Positions 1 through 10,855 are shown, counted from the first letter of the stretch. The stretch is DNA of 64,000 bases from Saprospiraceae bacterium (GCA_016717655.1 JADKFC010000006.1:162857-226856), one strand, 5' to 3'. The notes: generated by a model from the sequence alone, not told the origin. Numbers and translations are program-made.

Positions 1-978
1 GAATACAATACAGCGTATACTCTTAACATTCGAATCTTCAACAAGCTGCAACATACCATTTCAGGATGGCCCGGAGGAAAGCCCAATGCCAGTGATGCCA
101 ACAGACCGGAACGGGCCCTTCCTGCACACAAGAGGGTCATTATTTTTAGTCCCCATCCGGATGATGATGTGATTTCAATGGGAGGCACTTTTCTGCGCTT
201 GGTGGAACAAGGTCACGATGTACACGTTGCCTATCAGGTATCTGGTAATATCGCGGTTCACGATGTGGATGCATGGCGCTATGCTCAATTTTTGGGTGAT
301 TATGCGGCGGTAATGGGGCTGGAAAGTGAAGATTTAAGCAAGACGGTAGCAGAGATCAGCAACTTTCTCAAAACAAAAAACAACAACGATGTTGACCTGC
401 CTTCCCTGCGCAAGTTGAAAGGAATTGTTAGAAGAGAAGAAGCGAGAAGTGCAGCCCATTTTTGCGGGCTGGATGAGGCGCATATCCACTTTTTAGACAT
501 GCCTTTTTATGAAACAGGAGGTGTGCGTAAAAATAAATTATCAGACACAGATGTCAATATCATTGTAGACCTGCTGAATGAGGTGAAGCCCCATCAGGTG
601 TATGCCGCCGGTGATTTGGCTGATCCGCATGGCACCCACAGGGTTTGTCTGGACGCCATTTTTATGGCCTTTGAAAAAACAAAGCAGGAAGAATGGTGGA
701 AAGACTGTTACTTGTGGATGTATCGTGGAGCATGGCATGAATGGCCCATAGATGAAATTGAAATGGCCGTGCCTATCAGTCCTGATGAGCTGTTAAAAAA
801 GAGAAGGGCAATCTTTATGCATCAATCGCAAAAAGATCACCCCGTGTTTCCTGGAAATGATAAGCGAGAATTCTGGCAACGGGCTGAAGATCGCAACCGG
901 GAGACCGCACATTTGTACAATGTTTTGGGCCTGGCAGAATACGAAGCCATGGAAGCCTTTGTTCGCTGGAATTTTTAA
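1..978 (+). CDS. PIG-L/LmbE-type deacetylase domain, 5'-truncated by the window edge; probably the C-terminal half of a long-form glucosamine-6-phosphate deaminase
   Basis: Frame 1 is open from nt 1 (..KRVIIFSPHPDDDVISMGGTF..), so the listed ORF 169..978 is only the Met-delimited part. The HPDDD and DPHGTH (HxxH) motifs are the LmbE/PIG-L signature. Confidence 0.7.
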   Translation, partial: EYNTAYTLNIRIFNKLQHTISGWPGGKPNASDANRPERALPAHKRVIIFSPHPDDDVISMGGTFLRLVEQGHDVHVAYQVSGNIAVHDVDAWRYAQFLGDYAAVMGLESEDLSKTVAEISNFLKTKNNNDVDLPSLRKLKGIVRREEARSAAHFCGLDEAHIHFLDMPFYETGGVRKNKLSDTDVNIIVDLLNEVKPHQVYAAGDLADPHGTHRVCLDAIFMAFEKTKQEEWWKDCYLWMYRGAWHEWPIDEIEMAVPISPDELLKKRRAIFMHQSQKDHPVFPGNDKREFWQRAEDRNRETAHLYNVLGLAEYEAMEAFVRWNF

Positions 979-979
979 C

Positions 980-2680
980 CTAGCGTGCTTTCACCCAGCA
1001 TTGGCTGTAAGTAGTGTTATTGTTGGTAATTAAGATCGTATAGAAGCCCGGCAATAAATGTGAAACTTCCAATTGTTCCACCTCACTTGTACATTGCCGG
1101 GTGAGTATTCTTCTGCCCATGTTGTCAATTAAACTTAAGACGATTGGGCTGCTGATTTCAGGCATTTGAATCCAAATTGATTCGTAACCTGGATTGGGAA
1201 AAATCTGAATGCTATTTGATTTTATTTCATCCGTTTTTGTGCTGAGTGCTACCGCACATGGGGAGCTGCTTTCGCCAGAAACAAGGTAGTCAGATAGGCA
1301 GTTGAGATAACATTCCAGATTGGTATAGCCTTGTACTCCGGTTACTTCCACAGAAAGATCATTGCCATTGTGGTCTGCTGCATTCGGATTGAGTCCCTTC
1401 CTGGATTCCCAATAATCAGGCATTCCATCATTATCGGAATCAATTGTGCCGGCTATTTCTGCCACTATGGTAAACGCATCTCCATAATGATCCTCATTGA
1501 TGGTAGATGGATCAATGGTTTCATTGCCCAAACTACTGGTCAGTCTGAGATCCATCGCATCTCTGGGAAAGTCACCCACATGGGCGGCCATGTATTGGGT
1601 AAGGTCTTCGGCGGCAGTGTCGCCAATCGAAGGGTAAGGCCATCTTTCATTGCGGATTTGAGCGGCCCCGGTTTGGTGGTTGGGATTGTTGTCCGGAAAA
1701 TCATTGCAACAGTAGAACAAGTCGTAATCACTGTAATCGGGATATAAGTTCAATTGATTTCCTTGGAAAAAAAGGCTGTTGTTTTGAGGATAGAGCAGGT
1801 CGATATGGAACATGCCATTGCCGAATCCGGGTCTTGCAAAACTAAGGTTGTTAACAGCGTTCATATGCAGGTTAAACGATGCCCCGGGCTGTCCGGTAAC
1901 TCCTTCGTACCACATTTCAATTTGAGGGTCCCAAAAGAGGTTGTTTGAAATTTCCAATTTTATGGTTTGACCACCACAATATTGAGTTTCGCAACTTATT
2001 TCGGGCATTCTGCCACCGATTCTATGCCAGGTATTGTGATGGATGGAGAGACTGTCCAGACGACTATTGGATGAGGAATAGTTGATGAGCATACCACCCA
2101 AATCTGAATGTCCACCCAGTGTTTCAGCCAACAAAGAGTTTTGAATGGTGAGAGAAGAAGAGCGCGAAATGTCAACAGCCTCATCGGAGGCATGGGCAAA
2201 TGAACAATGGTCAATGATGGCCTTATGCACCCCTCCCAGCGTCAGCCCATCGGCACCAACCCAGTTTGAGGATGGATAAACGTTTAGATCGCCAATGCGC
2301 GAACGGATATGACGGACGATGAAATTTCCGGAACTGGGATTTTCTTCTGCATAACTTTGGAAACCTCTTACAATGACACCTCCAGGAGATGTTTGACCCG
2401 CCAGGGTAAAATCACCATGTCCAGGCAATACTTCCATTGTTGCAGGTATTATTCCACTTACTTTAAATAGTATATACCTTTTGCCTGTTTCATTGAGGGC
2501 TGCCTGCAAAGAGCCAGGGCCATCAGGATTGAGATTGGTCACATAGATTACCCTACCTCCTCTGCCACCCGTTGTGGCTGCACCAAAGCCCTCCGCTCCC
2601 GGAAATGCCGGTATTTGCGCCCTAGAGGGTACGACCATCAAAAGAATTACAAACAGAAAATTAAATTTGGAATACTGCAT
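980..2680 (-). CDS. Secreted pectate-lyase-fold protein with T9SS C-terminal sorting domain
   Basis: Signal peptide, then AEGFGAATTGGRGGRVIYVTNLNPDGPGSLQAAL (PL1-like N-terminal motif). A DSDNDGMPDYWE calcium-binding-type motif is present. The C-terminus IQIFPNPGYESIWIQ...GFYTILITN looks like a Por_Secre_tail domain. Confidence 0.7.
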   Translation of the reverse strand: MQYSKFNFLFVILLMVVPSRAQIPAFPGAEGFGAATTGGRGGRVIYVTNLNPDGPGSLQAALNETGKRYILFKVSGIIPATMEVLPGHGDFTLAGQTSPGGVIVRGFQSYAEENPSSGNFIVRHIRSRIGDLNVYPSSNWVGADGLTLGGVHKAIIDHCSFAHASDEAVDISRSSSLTIQNSLLAETLGGHSDLGGMLINYSSSNSRLDSLSIHHNTWHRIGGRMPEISCETQYCGGQTIKLEISNNLFWDPQIEMWYEGVTGQPGASFNLHMNAVNNLSFARPGFGNGMFHIDLLYPQNNSLFFQGNQLNLYPDYSDYDLFYCCNDFPDNNPNHQTGAAQIRNERWPYPSIGDTAAEDLTQYMAAHVGDFPRDAMDLRLTSSLGNETIDPSTINEDHYGDAFTIVAEIAGTIDSDNDGMPDYWESRKGLNPNAADHNGNDLSVEVTGVQGYTNLECYLNCLSDYLVSGESSSPCAVALSTKTDEIKSNSIQIFPNPGYESIWIQMPEISSPIVLSLIDNMGRRILTRQCTSEVEQLEVSHLLPGFYTILITNNNTTYSQCWVKAR

Positions 2681-2877
2681 GGATTTTAATCAATTTGGAA
2701 CAAAATTCGGTTACATGGCAGTTATGCCATAGGAAAATCGCGCCAATTGCTATTAAATATCCGACATGATGTATTAAATATTTTGAAACCGGGTATTTTC
2801 CATCCATTAGAACAATCTAAAAGCCAATTACCCTGAAAAAAGTGTAAGATATTTTACATTTCCGGTAATTCAGGCCT

Positions 2878-3375
2878 CTAACCCTTTAGCTCAGCTAAGT
2901 GGTGGCCCAGGTGGCCTACATAATCATACATAATGTAAGCCAGGCTGAAGACTTCGCTCTGGATAATGACCAAACGTTCTAGATCAGCTGTTTTTACATT
3001 TCTGATTAGTCCACTGATTTGCAAGTTGAGTTGTTCCCAAAAAGTAATCAGATTTTTATCGTTTTGATTCTGATAATCAAACAAAAGCACCAGATTATCG
3101 GGATCATAAACTTTTAGCATGTAGGGAGAGGTTTCGAGTGGAATCTCAGAAAACCGCATTAGATTATACCTGGCCGAATCAATAAGATGGCCAATGATTT
3201 CCCGGGGAGACCATACCTCAGGTGAAGGTTTAAAACTGCGATCCTCTTCAGTTAAGTTGCGGTAGGTGTTTTTGCCTTCAATCACCCAGCTATCCAGTAA
3301 ATCGGACAATTGATCGGTGGAGGCAATATTTTCTTCATTAAAATAATAGGTTTTCATAGTTATAAAGATAGCCAA
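2878..3375 (-). CDS. DinB-family (DinB_2-like) protein
   Basis: About 165 aa, with His-containing helices (IGHLIDSARYNLMRF ... VGHLGHHLAEL) typical of the DinB four-helix-bundle metal site. Overlaps the upstream gene by 16 nt. Confidence 0.55.
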   Translation of the reverse strand: MAIFITMKTYYFNEENIASTDQLSDLLDSWVIEGKNTYRNLTEEDRSFKPSPEVWSPREIIGHLIDSARYNLMRFSEIPLETSPYMLKVYDPDNLVLLFDYQNQNDKNLITFWEQLNLQISGLIRNVKTADLERLVIIQSEVFSLAYIMYDYVGHLGHHLAELKG

Positions 3376-5594
3376 TAATTAACTTTTAAAACCAGATATC
3401 TGCTTTTGTGATTAAAATCCTCCAGGACACCATAGTTATCAGTGAGCACCAAAAACACATCACTCATTGGCGCATACCGATATTGCAGCCTGCTGTTGAT
3501 GTTGAAATTGTCTGCCTGGGTATTGTACTGAAAAAAAGTGGTCCAAAACACCTTGGTTGAAAAGTTAATTTCCGTGCGTATGGTGCCAAGAGTGATTTTA
3601 GTCCTGGCATAAGGTGCGGGAAATCTGAGATCATTGTGTTCAACCCCAATCTTAAAATTGCCCCAGGGCTGGACCCTAAAGTTGAGGCTGGCTCTGTAGG
3701 TCTGTTTCCAACCATTAAAAAATTGACCATAAACCAGGAATAATTCACCCTGCACTTTTTTGCGATTATCTGAATTGTATTGCACATTAAATTCAGTCAT
3801 GTTATAGGTGCCGGTTGGCAGAAAGGGAGTTGTTATGTCAAAAGGTGCGATGAGGCGAACAAAATTATTATTCAGCCTGAATCTCAGAGCGCTTGTATTC
3901 TTGAAAAAAATGAAATGACGAAGACGGGTATACCATTCATTCAATCCGGTAGCATCGTCATTGACCCAAACAAAGTTTTCTAAGCCTGTCCAGTGAAAAT
4001 TAACATTTTTACTTTCCTTGGGGTAGTAGTAGTAATCCAGCATAGAGCTCACAGAGGTATAGCCGATGCGAAAAACTTCATTTGTAAGAGGGTTGTAATT
4101 AATAATTCTACTGTTAAAGCCCATGTCTGAATAGTAGTTTTGACCAACCTTCTGAGCTTCAATAAAGCCTCTAAAATTTTGTCCATTATAGGCAATGCCC
4201 CCATAAAGCTGCCCATTTTTTGTTTGATCCACTAAGGGCTTAAAAGAATGGAGGTAGCCCCCCGTCATCTCCCACTTTCCATCAATTGAAGTGTATTGTA
4301 GGTCGCCACCGCCATTGCGACTGTATTCATTTTTTTGCCATTCACCATTGAACCATGATTGTCTGTTGAGAAAAAGTCCCCTTATCCGCGACCTTGAAAA
4401 TACTCTTTGCTGAATGGCTATGCCTGAAAAATTATTACCGGGGTTGTTATTTTTCACCTGGGTCTGCATGTTAAAAATACCGATGCGCAACTTTTCATTG
4501 ACATTGCCGGTAAGCCGGGCTCCATATAAAATGGGTTGAGCGGATCCATTGGGTGCAAGGCCTATTCGTCGCGAATAAAAGGCCTGGTCATCGCCCTGTC
4601 CAAAGTTGAGAAAGATGTCGTTATTTTCTATAAAAAACTGACGCCTTTCGGGAAAAAAAAGATTGAAGCGAGTGAGATTAGTGACCTGGGCATCTACCTC
4701 TACCTGGCTGAAATCTGGGTTGGTGGTAAGATCCAAGTTGAGGGAAGGAGTTATGCCGATTTTTACATCCCCTCCTGATTGTAGCTTATTTTCATTGGTT
4801 CCTCCAAACTCTTCATTTCTTAGGGATACATAAGGTATCAATGCCAGATTTCCTCCTTGAGGAGTGGGGGCTTCAGGCCAAATCAAAGCGCCATAATAAC
4901 CAATGTCTTCTAAATCAAATTGTCGGGGTACAGGTGCCCACACACTGGTTTCATTGGTGCCCGGATCAAACCTGGCGAAGTTCATCCTCCAAAATTTGTT
5001 GTTTTTTTGAAAACGCAGTGTTTTAAGGGGAATTTTCATTTCAACAATCCACTTATCAGGATGACGGCTGACTGCAGAGTACCACCTGTTGTCCCAACTG
5101 GCATCCGTGTCTTCAGGGGATAGAATTACTTCTGTTTGAGCACCCATAGCATTGATGCCAAATCCGAAGCCATTAGCCTTTTTACCGACAGGGTCAATGA
5201 GAAAGGCAAATTCATCACTATCACCGAAGCCATCGCGTTTCAGCGTCTGAATAATATAATTGGCATCATCATAACAAATGGCAAGCAGATAAATATTTTT
5301 ATCGTCGCAAAGCAAAGAAACTTCAGTTTTTAGAGTGGCGGGTTTTTGATCAACAGGAGCATTGAGGGTAAAAGAATCTGCAATTGTTGCTTCTTTCCAG
5401 GCATCCTCAAGTGGAAGCCCATCAATATCGATGGAGGCAGTAGTGTATGTTAGAGGATATTGAAAAATCTGATCGTTGCCTTGCTGAGAAAAAAGAATGC
5501 ACTTGCAAGATAGAATGAACAAACAGGAATGGAAATATTTTAATAACACGTGGTTTGACATAAAACTAAATAAATGGGGTAAACTGATTTTCAT
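3360..5594 (-). CDS. CBM9-like / DUF5916 family outer-membrane-associated protein
   Basis: Signal peptide. The N-terminal IDIDGLPLEDAWKEATIADSF...TEVSLLCDDKNIYLLAI matches the CBM9-like module, followed by a long beta-rich Tyr/Phe/Asn-rich C-terminal part. 4-nt overlap with the upstream kinase gene. Confidence 0.65.
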   Translation of the reverse strand: MKISLPHLFSFMSNHVLLKYFHSCLFILSCKCILFSQQGNDQIFQYPLTYTTASIDIDGLPLEDAWKEATIADSFTLNAPVDQKPATLKTEVSLLCDDKNIYLLAICYDDANYIIQTLKRDGFGDSDEFAFLIDPVGKKANGFGFGINAMGAQTEVILSPEDTDASWDNRWYSAVSRHPDKWIVEMKIPLKTLRFQKNNKFWRMNFARFDPGTNETSVWAPVPRQFDLEDIGYYGALIWPEAPTPQGGNLALIPYVSLRNEEFGGTNENKLQSGGDVKIGITPSLNLDLTTNPDFSQVEVDAQVTNLTRFNLFFPERRQFFIENNDIFLNFGQGDDQAFYSRRIGLAPNGSAQPILYGARLTGNVNEKLRIGIFNMQTQVKNNNPGNNFSGIAIQQRVFSRSRIRGLFLNRQSWFNGEWQKNEYSRNGGGDLQYTSIDGKWEMTGGYLHSFKPLVDQTKNGQLYGGIAYNGQNFRGFIEAQKVGQNYYSDMGFNSRIINYNPLTNEVFRIGYTSVSSMLDYYYYPKESKNVNFHWTGLENFVWVNDDATGLNEWYTRLRHFIFFKNTSALRFRLNNNFVRLIAPFDITTPFLPTGTYNMTEFNVQYNSDNRKKVQGELFLVYGQFFNGWKQTYRASLNFRVQPWGNFKIGVEHNDLRFPAPYARTKITLGTIRTEINFSTKVFWTTFFQYNTQADNFNINSRLQYRYAPMSDVFLVLTDNYGVLEDFNHKSRYLVLKVNYWLSL

Positions 5595-6442
5595 ATGTTA
5601 AAATAATCTTTGTATTGTTGCAAACGAAGGGCTACGTCTTTTGGCTGGGGAAGCTTAGGTATGGTTTGACCTTCAACAACCAGAGAAGCAACACAATGAG
5701 CATATTGGCAGGCAGTGATTAAGTCACCTGACCTATAGTAATGCATCAAAAAGGAGAGGGCAAATGAATCGCCCGCGCCGGTGGCATCCCTTTCCTTGAC
5801 AGGATATGCGGGGATTAAAATTTCTTGTTTATTGGAAAAAATTATGGCTCCCTTGGCTCCACGGGTGAGGATGACTGAGGGTACATATTTAGTAATCTCG
5901 TCAATCACTTTTGGGTCATGGGCCAAATCTTCCTCACTGGCAAAAACTAGGTCGATTCCTTTAAGATGGTTCCAATCCATGTTTTGAGTAAATACATTGC
6001 CATCGCTGTCCCAATTTCTTAGCCACCCCTGAATTGAAAGTCCGATAAGTGCATTTGGAAATAGATGGATAACATCCGGGTCGATTTCATTGGCAATGGG
6101 ACCTAAATGAAGTACCTCAGCTGTTGGAAAGGAAGACAATGAGCTCGCTGATATCTGAGAGGCAACGCCACAAATTTTTTGTTTTCTGCCTTCAGCACTA
6201 GGGGTATTGACAAAACAGGTAGTGTGGTTGGATGGCAAATTTATCCAGTAAATTCCGGCATCGCTGAAAAGTTGTTGAAATAAAAAGTCGGGTCCTGTAC
6301 TTGTAATTACAGCTACTTCTGCCCCCAGGTTTTTTGCCAAGAGGGAAGCATAAGTCACAGTACCACCAGGATGATAGCCCTCCTTGACCTGATCATAACA
6401 AGCGTGCCCTAAACATACAACCTGCATCAATTGAGTACTCAT
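5591..6442 (-). CDS. PfkB-family carbohydrate kinase
   Basis: 283 aa. The C-terminal DATGAGDSFALSF motif is the PfkB ATP/anion-hole signature. Confidence 0.8.
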   Translation of the reverse strand: MSTQLMQVVCLGHACYDQVKEGYHPGGTVTYASLLAKNLGAEVAVITSTGPDFLFQQLFSDAGIYWINLPSNHTTCFVNTPSAEGRKQKICGVASQISASSLSSFPTAEVLHLGPIANEIDPDVIHLFPNALIGLSIQGWLRNWDSDGNVFTQNMDWNHLKGIDLVFASEEDLAHDPKVIDEITKYVPSVILTRGAKGAIIFSNKQEILIPAYPVKERDATGAGDSFALSFLMHYYRSGDLITACQYAHCVASLVVEGQTIPKLPQPKDVALRLQQYKDYFNI

Positions 6443-6444
6443 AA

Positions 6445-8052
6445 TTAAGAAATGTGCCCCAGGGTAAGGTAAACTAAGAGAGTGAGAAGGACCAAAGTAA
6501 CGCTAAGTGGTAGGGCATATTTCCACGCCCCCATTGCTACAAAACCTTCATCTTTAATTTTAAAGGTATTTTTATTTTTGTAAATCCTGCTAACAAGCGT
6601 CATTAAAACAACATTCAATACAAATTCCAAACCCCAAATATGAACAAAGTGAAGGTCAACTTTGAAGACAAATTGAAGCAGGATATAAAACAATAAACCA
6701 AAAATCAGCCCTATTTTGGCAGCCATTGCTGAAATCCATGGCATAAAAAGGGCAGCCAGAATAAGGGTGGCCATAGGTATAAAAAAGATGCCATTGAGTT
6801 GTTGGAGGAGTTGGTACAAACCGGCCGGGGCATTGGCAACAAAAGGGGCTACTCCAATGGAACATACAGCCAACACAATGGAAGTCGTTTTACCGATTTT
6901 TACAATTTCGGGAGCGGTTGCATCGGGTTTAATGGTTTTTTGATAGATGCCAAGACTAAAAAGGGTAGCGGCGCTATTGAGGCCACTGTTGAAGGTGCTT
7001 AAGACAGCACCTGCAACCACGGCAATGAAAAAACCGGTTGCCCACGGTGGAAGAACCTTCTTTACCAAAGCAGGATATACACTATCAGGACTGTCTGCAT
7101 ATTGGGTGCCAAAATATTGAAAAGCAATGATGCCTGGCAGAATGATGATGAGTGGCATAAGCAGTTTAAGGATGCCGGTATACAACAATCCTTTCTGCGC
7201 CTCTTTCAGACTGGCAGCGCCTAAAACCCTCTGTACGATCGATTGATGCATTGCCCAGAAATAAAGTTGGTTGATGATCATACCCGTAAACAGGGTAGAA
7301 AAGGGTAGGATAGCATCCCGGGCACCAGGACCCAATGAGGGTTCAGAACTAATTACGTTAAACTTAGCCCTGCTACCGGACCAAACGATGTTCCAGCCAT
7401 CTGCAATATCACCGTGACCGAGATCTGATAGAGCTAATAGAGGGATAGCGAGACCGCCAATGATCAGACCTGCTCCAAATAGCGTATCTGTTATGGCCAC
7501 CATTTTTAAACCCCCGAAAATCGCATATATAGCGCCAATGGTGCCTGTGATGATGACCGTAATCCAGATACCTGTTTTTTGACTTACTTGAAGAAGATTG
7601 GACACGTCAAATAGATGTTCAATATTGATTGCTCCCGTGTACAAAACTATGGGAAGCAAAGTAAGAGTGAAGGAAACAATGAGAAGTCCATCTACCCAAC
7701 TTCTGGTCCTTGCATCAAATCTTTTCTCCAACAATTCTGGAATGGTAGTAAGGCCTAACTTGAGGTAAGAAGGGGCAAAGAAGAGGGCTGCAAGGACAAG
7801 AGCGATTGCTGAAGTTACTTCCCAAGTTATTACCAGGGCACCATTTTTATAGGCCGATGCATTCATGCCCACCAGGTGTTCGGTTGAAATATTGGTCATG
7901 ATAAGGGAGCCGGCAATGACAATTCCGGTAAGACTTCTGCCTCCCAGAAAATATCCATCCCGCGTGGTATTGTTTTCGGTACCCATCAACCGATTGCCCA
8001 ACCAGGAGACAAAAATCATGACAAGGACAAAGGAAAAAAGGGTAAACCACAT
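6445..8052 (-). CDS. Sodium:solute symporter (SSS/SGLT family)
   Basis: 535 aa polytopic membrane protein. N-terminal DGYFLGGRSLTG...STEHLVGMNASAYKNG is typical of SSS transporters. 2-nt gap to the downstream kinase. Confidence 0.85.
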   Translation of the reverse strand: MWFTLFSFVLVMIFVSWLGNRLMGTENNTTRDGYFLGGRSLTGIVIAGSLIMTNISTEHLVGMNASAYKNGALVITWEVTSAIALVLAALFFAPSYLKLGLTTIPELLEKRFDARTRSWVDGLLIVSFTLTLLPIVLYTGAINIEHLFDVSNLLQVSQKTGIWITVIITGTIGAIYAIFGGLKMVAITDTLFGAGLIIGGLAIPLLALSDLGHGDIADGWNIVWSGSRAKFNVISSEPSLGPGARDAILPFSTLFTGMIINQLYFWAMHQSIVQRVLGAASLKEAQKGLLYTGILKLLMPLIIILPGIIAFQYFGTQYADSPDSVYPALVKKVLPPWATGFFIAVVAGAVLSTFNSGLNSAATLFSLGIYQKTIKPDATAPEIVKIGKTTSIVLAVCSIGVAPFVANAPAGLYQLLQQLNGIFFIPMATLILAALFMPWISAMAAKIGLIFGLLFYILLQFVFKVDLHFVHIWGLEFVLNVVLMTLVSRIYKNKNTFKIKDEGFVAMGAWKYALPLSVTLVLLTLLVYLTLGHIS

Positions 8053-8182
8053 ATCACCAAATTTTGATAGTTAAATCCAAGGTAAATAAAATGGATGGAA
8101 ATCCGCCAGTGTTCAATGGTTTTTTATTGAATAAAAGAGCTAGGTGGTCTGAATGAACCCAATAGAAATGATTTGGGGCTAA

Positions 8183-10204
8183 GTGAGGAAAATATATGAA
8201 ATCATAGATTTTTGCAGTAGAATGTCATTTACTTGCTTTTTCTGGTATTTTTACATAAAATTGAAAATAGAGTTGAAGCAGGTTCTTAGTATACTTTTGC
8301 TGTTGATTACTCAGTCACTTTGTGGACAGTGTGATAGTTTGTTGGCCCTTTTAATGAATACCAATGAGCCTTCAGGTATCAAAGAAATAAACCAGAAAAT
8401 TCTTGATCAGGGCAATTTTGTAAAAACATGTTATCCACGTTTATTTCAAGCTTATCAAAAGAACATCGACGAAAAGAGATTGACCGATTTAATGCTGAGA
8501 GTGGTTTCAAAATTGACAACTATTGGAGAAAACAAAGAAGCCATAAACTTAGGATTGCTGCTGCATCGCAATTTAAAAAACGAAGCAGGAAATGATACCA
8601 AGTTGGGAAATCTGGCCAATCAAATTTCCAATAGTTATGTTTATTTAAATAAGCTGGATAGTGTGATGTATTATGCAGATTTATGCGAGCGATACTATGT
8701 GAAAGCTGGTGAAGTGGAATTGTTGTTCCGACCCAATTATAATAAATATTTGATGTATCTGGCATTAAAAAATTATAAAAAGGCTGACTATTATCTCAAT
8801 AAAAGTTACTCATATGTCAAGGATTCAAAAAACAGGATGAACAAAGGATTTGTTTTACATTCAATTTTGGTAGCATTAAAATCGAGGGGCGATGATAAAA
8901 TATTTGAGCAGTATTTAAAGGAATATATACTTTTTAAAAAACAAGGCAAAGGTCTAAGTGATATGTTGCATTTAGGCATGGATGATTTTTTTGATGATCA
9001 AGTAAAAGGTAAAGCTACCTTAGAACGCGTCATAAAAATATTAATGAAAGACAGTCTTAACCAGAATATGCCGGAAGGATTTAGGGGTGCGGTTTTGGGT
9101 GAGATGTATGAGAAAGATAAGGAATATGAAAAGGCGGAGAATCTTTATTTAGGATTGTTAAAACAAAACGGAGGTAGTTTTGATAGAAAAACTTTATACC
9201 TGAATTTATATGAATTATACAAAAAGAAAGGAGAAGAACACAAAGCATTTAATGTGATTGAAAAATACATCATTCTACAAGATTCTAGTTTTCAACAAAT
9301 ATTTGATGGTAAAATTGCAGATTATGAAGTCAAATATAAAACCCATGAGAAGGAAAAAGAACTATTGAAAAAGGACCTCGAAATATCAAGATCCAAAAAC
9401 AGACAAAGAAGCTTGATTGGTCTTGCATTTTTTTTAACTACACTGGGAGGTGTAGGGTATTATATCTATCGAAGAAAATTAAAACATCAGCGTGAAATGG
9501 TGGAAAAGATGCCTATCCAAAAGCAGCAGATTGCTGATCTGGAACAAAAAAACAAGTTACTGGCACTCAACTCAATGATTGAAGGTCAGGAGTCAGAAAG
9601 ATTGAGAATAGCCCAGGATTTGCATGACGGACTGGGGGGACTGCTTACAACGGTCAAGGCGCATTTCAATGCTATTGAACGGGAAATTGCCAATATTAAG
9701 GAGATGAACATCTATGCAAAAACCAATCAATTAATAGATGAGGCTTGTGTAGAAGTAAGGAGGATTGCCCATGATATGGTGCCCTATTCATTAAAAATGA
9801 ATGGACTCGAAGGTGTGTTATCTGACATCCGGCAAACCGTTTTAGGTAAGGGCATTCAATGTGATGTTGATATACACAATGTGAAAGAAGAAGTTTTGGG
9901 TGAACAAAAAGTGGTGATGATTTATCGCATCATTCAGGAGGTTGTAACCAATGCATTAAAACATTCGGGTGCCAGCCACATGCTGATTCAGTTGGTGGGT
10001 CATGAAAATGGATTGAATGTGATGATTGAAGACAATGGTAAAGGATTTGATGTCAACCAATTGTTGCAAGGCAAAGGGCTGGGATTGAAAAGCATAGAAT
10101 CAAGAGTGAAATACCTGGAAGGCACCCTGAATATTGACTCAACTCCTAATCAGGGAACTACCATTAATATTGAAATTCCTTTGTACCAAATAAATACAAA
10201 CTAG
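8183..10204 (+). CDS. TPR-containing sensor histidine kinase (HisKA_3 / NarX-type)
   Basis: TPR-like N-terminal half, one TM segment (LIGLAFFLTTLGGVGYYIY), H-box ERLRIAQDLHDGLGGLL, and HATPase N and G boxes (NALKHSGA, DNGKGF, GLGLKSIESR). The start may instead be the ATG at 8222. Confidence 0.85.
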   Translation: MRKIYEIIDFCSRMSFTCFFWYFYIKLKIELKQVLSILLLLITQSLCGQCDSLLALLMNTNEPSGIKEINQKILDQGNFVKTCYPRLFQAYQKNIDEKRLTDLMLRVVSKLTTIGENKEAINLGLLLHRNLKNEAGNDTKLGNLANQISNSYVYLNKLDSVMYYADLCERYYVKAGEVELLFRPNYNKYLMYLALKNYKKADYYLNKSYSYVKDSKNRMNKGFVLHSILVALKSRGDDKIFEQYLKEYILFKKQGKGLSDMLHLGMDDFFDDQVKGKATLERVIKILMKDSLNQNMPEGFRGAVLGEMYEKDKEYEKAENLYLGLLKQNGGSFDRKTLYLNLYELYKKKGEEHKAFNVIEKYIILQDSSFQQIFDGKIADYEVKYKTHEKEKELLKKDLEISRSKNRQRSLIGLAFFLTTLGGVGYYIYRRKLKHQREMVEKMPIQKQQIADLEQKNKLLALNSMIEGQESERLRIAQDLHDGLGGLLTTVKAHFNAIEREIANIKEMNIYAKTNQLIDEACVEVRRIAHDMVPYSLKMNGLEGVLSDIRQTVLGKGIQCDVDIHNVKEEVLGEQKVVMIYRIIQEVVTNALKHSGASHMLIQLVGHENGLNVMIEDNGKGFDVNQLLQGKGLGLKSIESRVKYLEGTLNIDSTPNQGTTINIEIPLYQINTN

Positions 10205-10855
10205 ATGATAAAAGTATGGATTACAGACGATCATCAATTGGTATTGGAAGGCCTTCGTATCCTTTTGGATGGTGAACAAGAAATACAGGTGGTGCAGTGT
10301 TTTAGGTCTGCACCTCATCTCATCTCAGCTTTAAAAGAAGGATTTCCAGATGTAGTATTGCTGGATATCAATATGCCTGATATGAATGGAATTGAGGCTT
10401 GTAAAATAATAAAAAAAGAATATCCGGATCTTAAAATCATTGCCCTTTCTATGATCAGTGAATCCAACCTGATTAAGTTGATGCTTAAAAATGGGGCAGA
10501 TGGTTATTTGCACAAAAATGCAGGGAAGGATGAAATTATTGAGGCAATAATGGATGTACAACAAGGTAAAAAATACTTAAGTCAGGAAATTTCAGACATC
10601 ATTATTGGTCAGGAACACAAAGATGACCACAAAATATCAAATTCACCTTTTCCAAAATTATCCAGGAGGGAAGAACAGATTCTGGAAATGATTATTGATG
10701 AAAAAACTACTCAGGAAATATCTGAACAACTGTTCATTAGTTTTGGTACTGTAGAAACCCACAGACGCAATATTATGATCAAATTAGGTGTAAAAAACAC
10801 AGCAGGAATGGTCAGAACGGCGTTGGAATACCAGTTGATTCCCAATAATAAATAG
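10205..10855 (+). CDS. NarL/LuxR-family response regulator
   Basis: Receiver domain (DDH...VVLLDINMPDMNG...KIIALS) plus a C-terminal LuxR HTH (LSRREEQILEMI...ISFGTVETHRRNIMIKLGV). The start abuts the kinase stop. Confidence 0.9.
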   Translation: MIKVWITDDHQLVLEGLRILLDGEQEIQVVQCFRSAPHLISALKEGFPDVVLLDINMPDMNGIEACKIIKKEYPDLKIIALSMISESNLIKLMLKNGADGYLHKNAGKDEIIEAIMDVQQGKKYLSQEISDIIIGQEHKDDHKISNSPFPKLSRREEQILEMIIDEKTTQEISEQLFISFGTVETHRRNIMIKLGVKNTAGMVRTALEYQLIPNNK

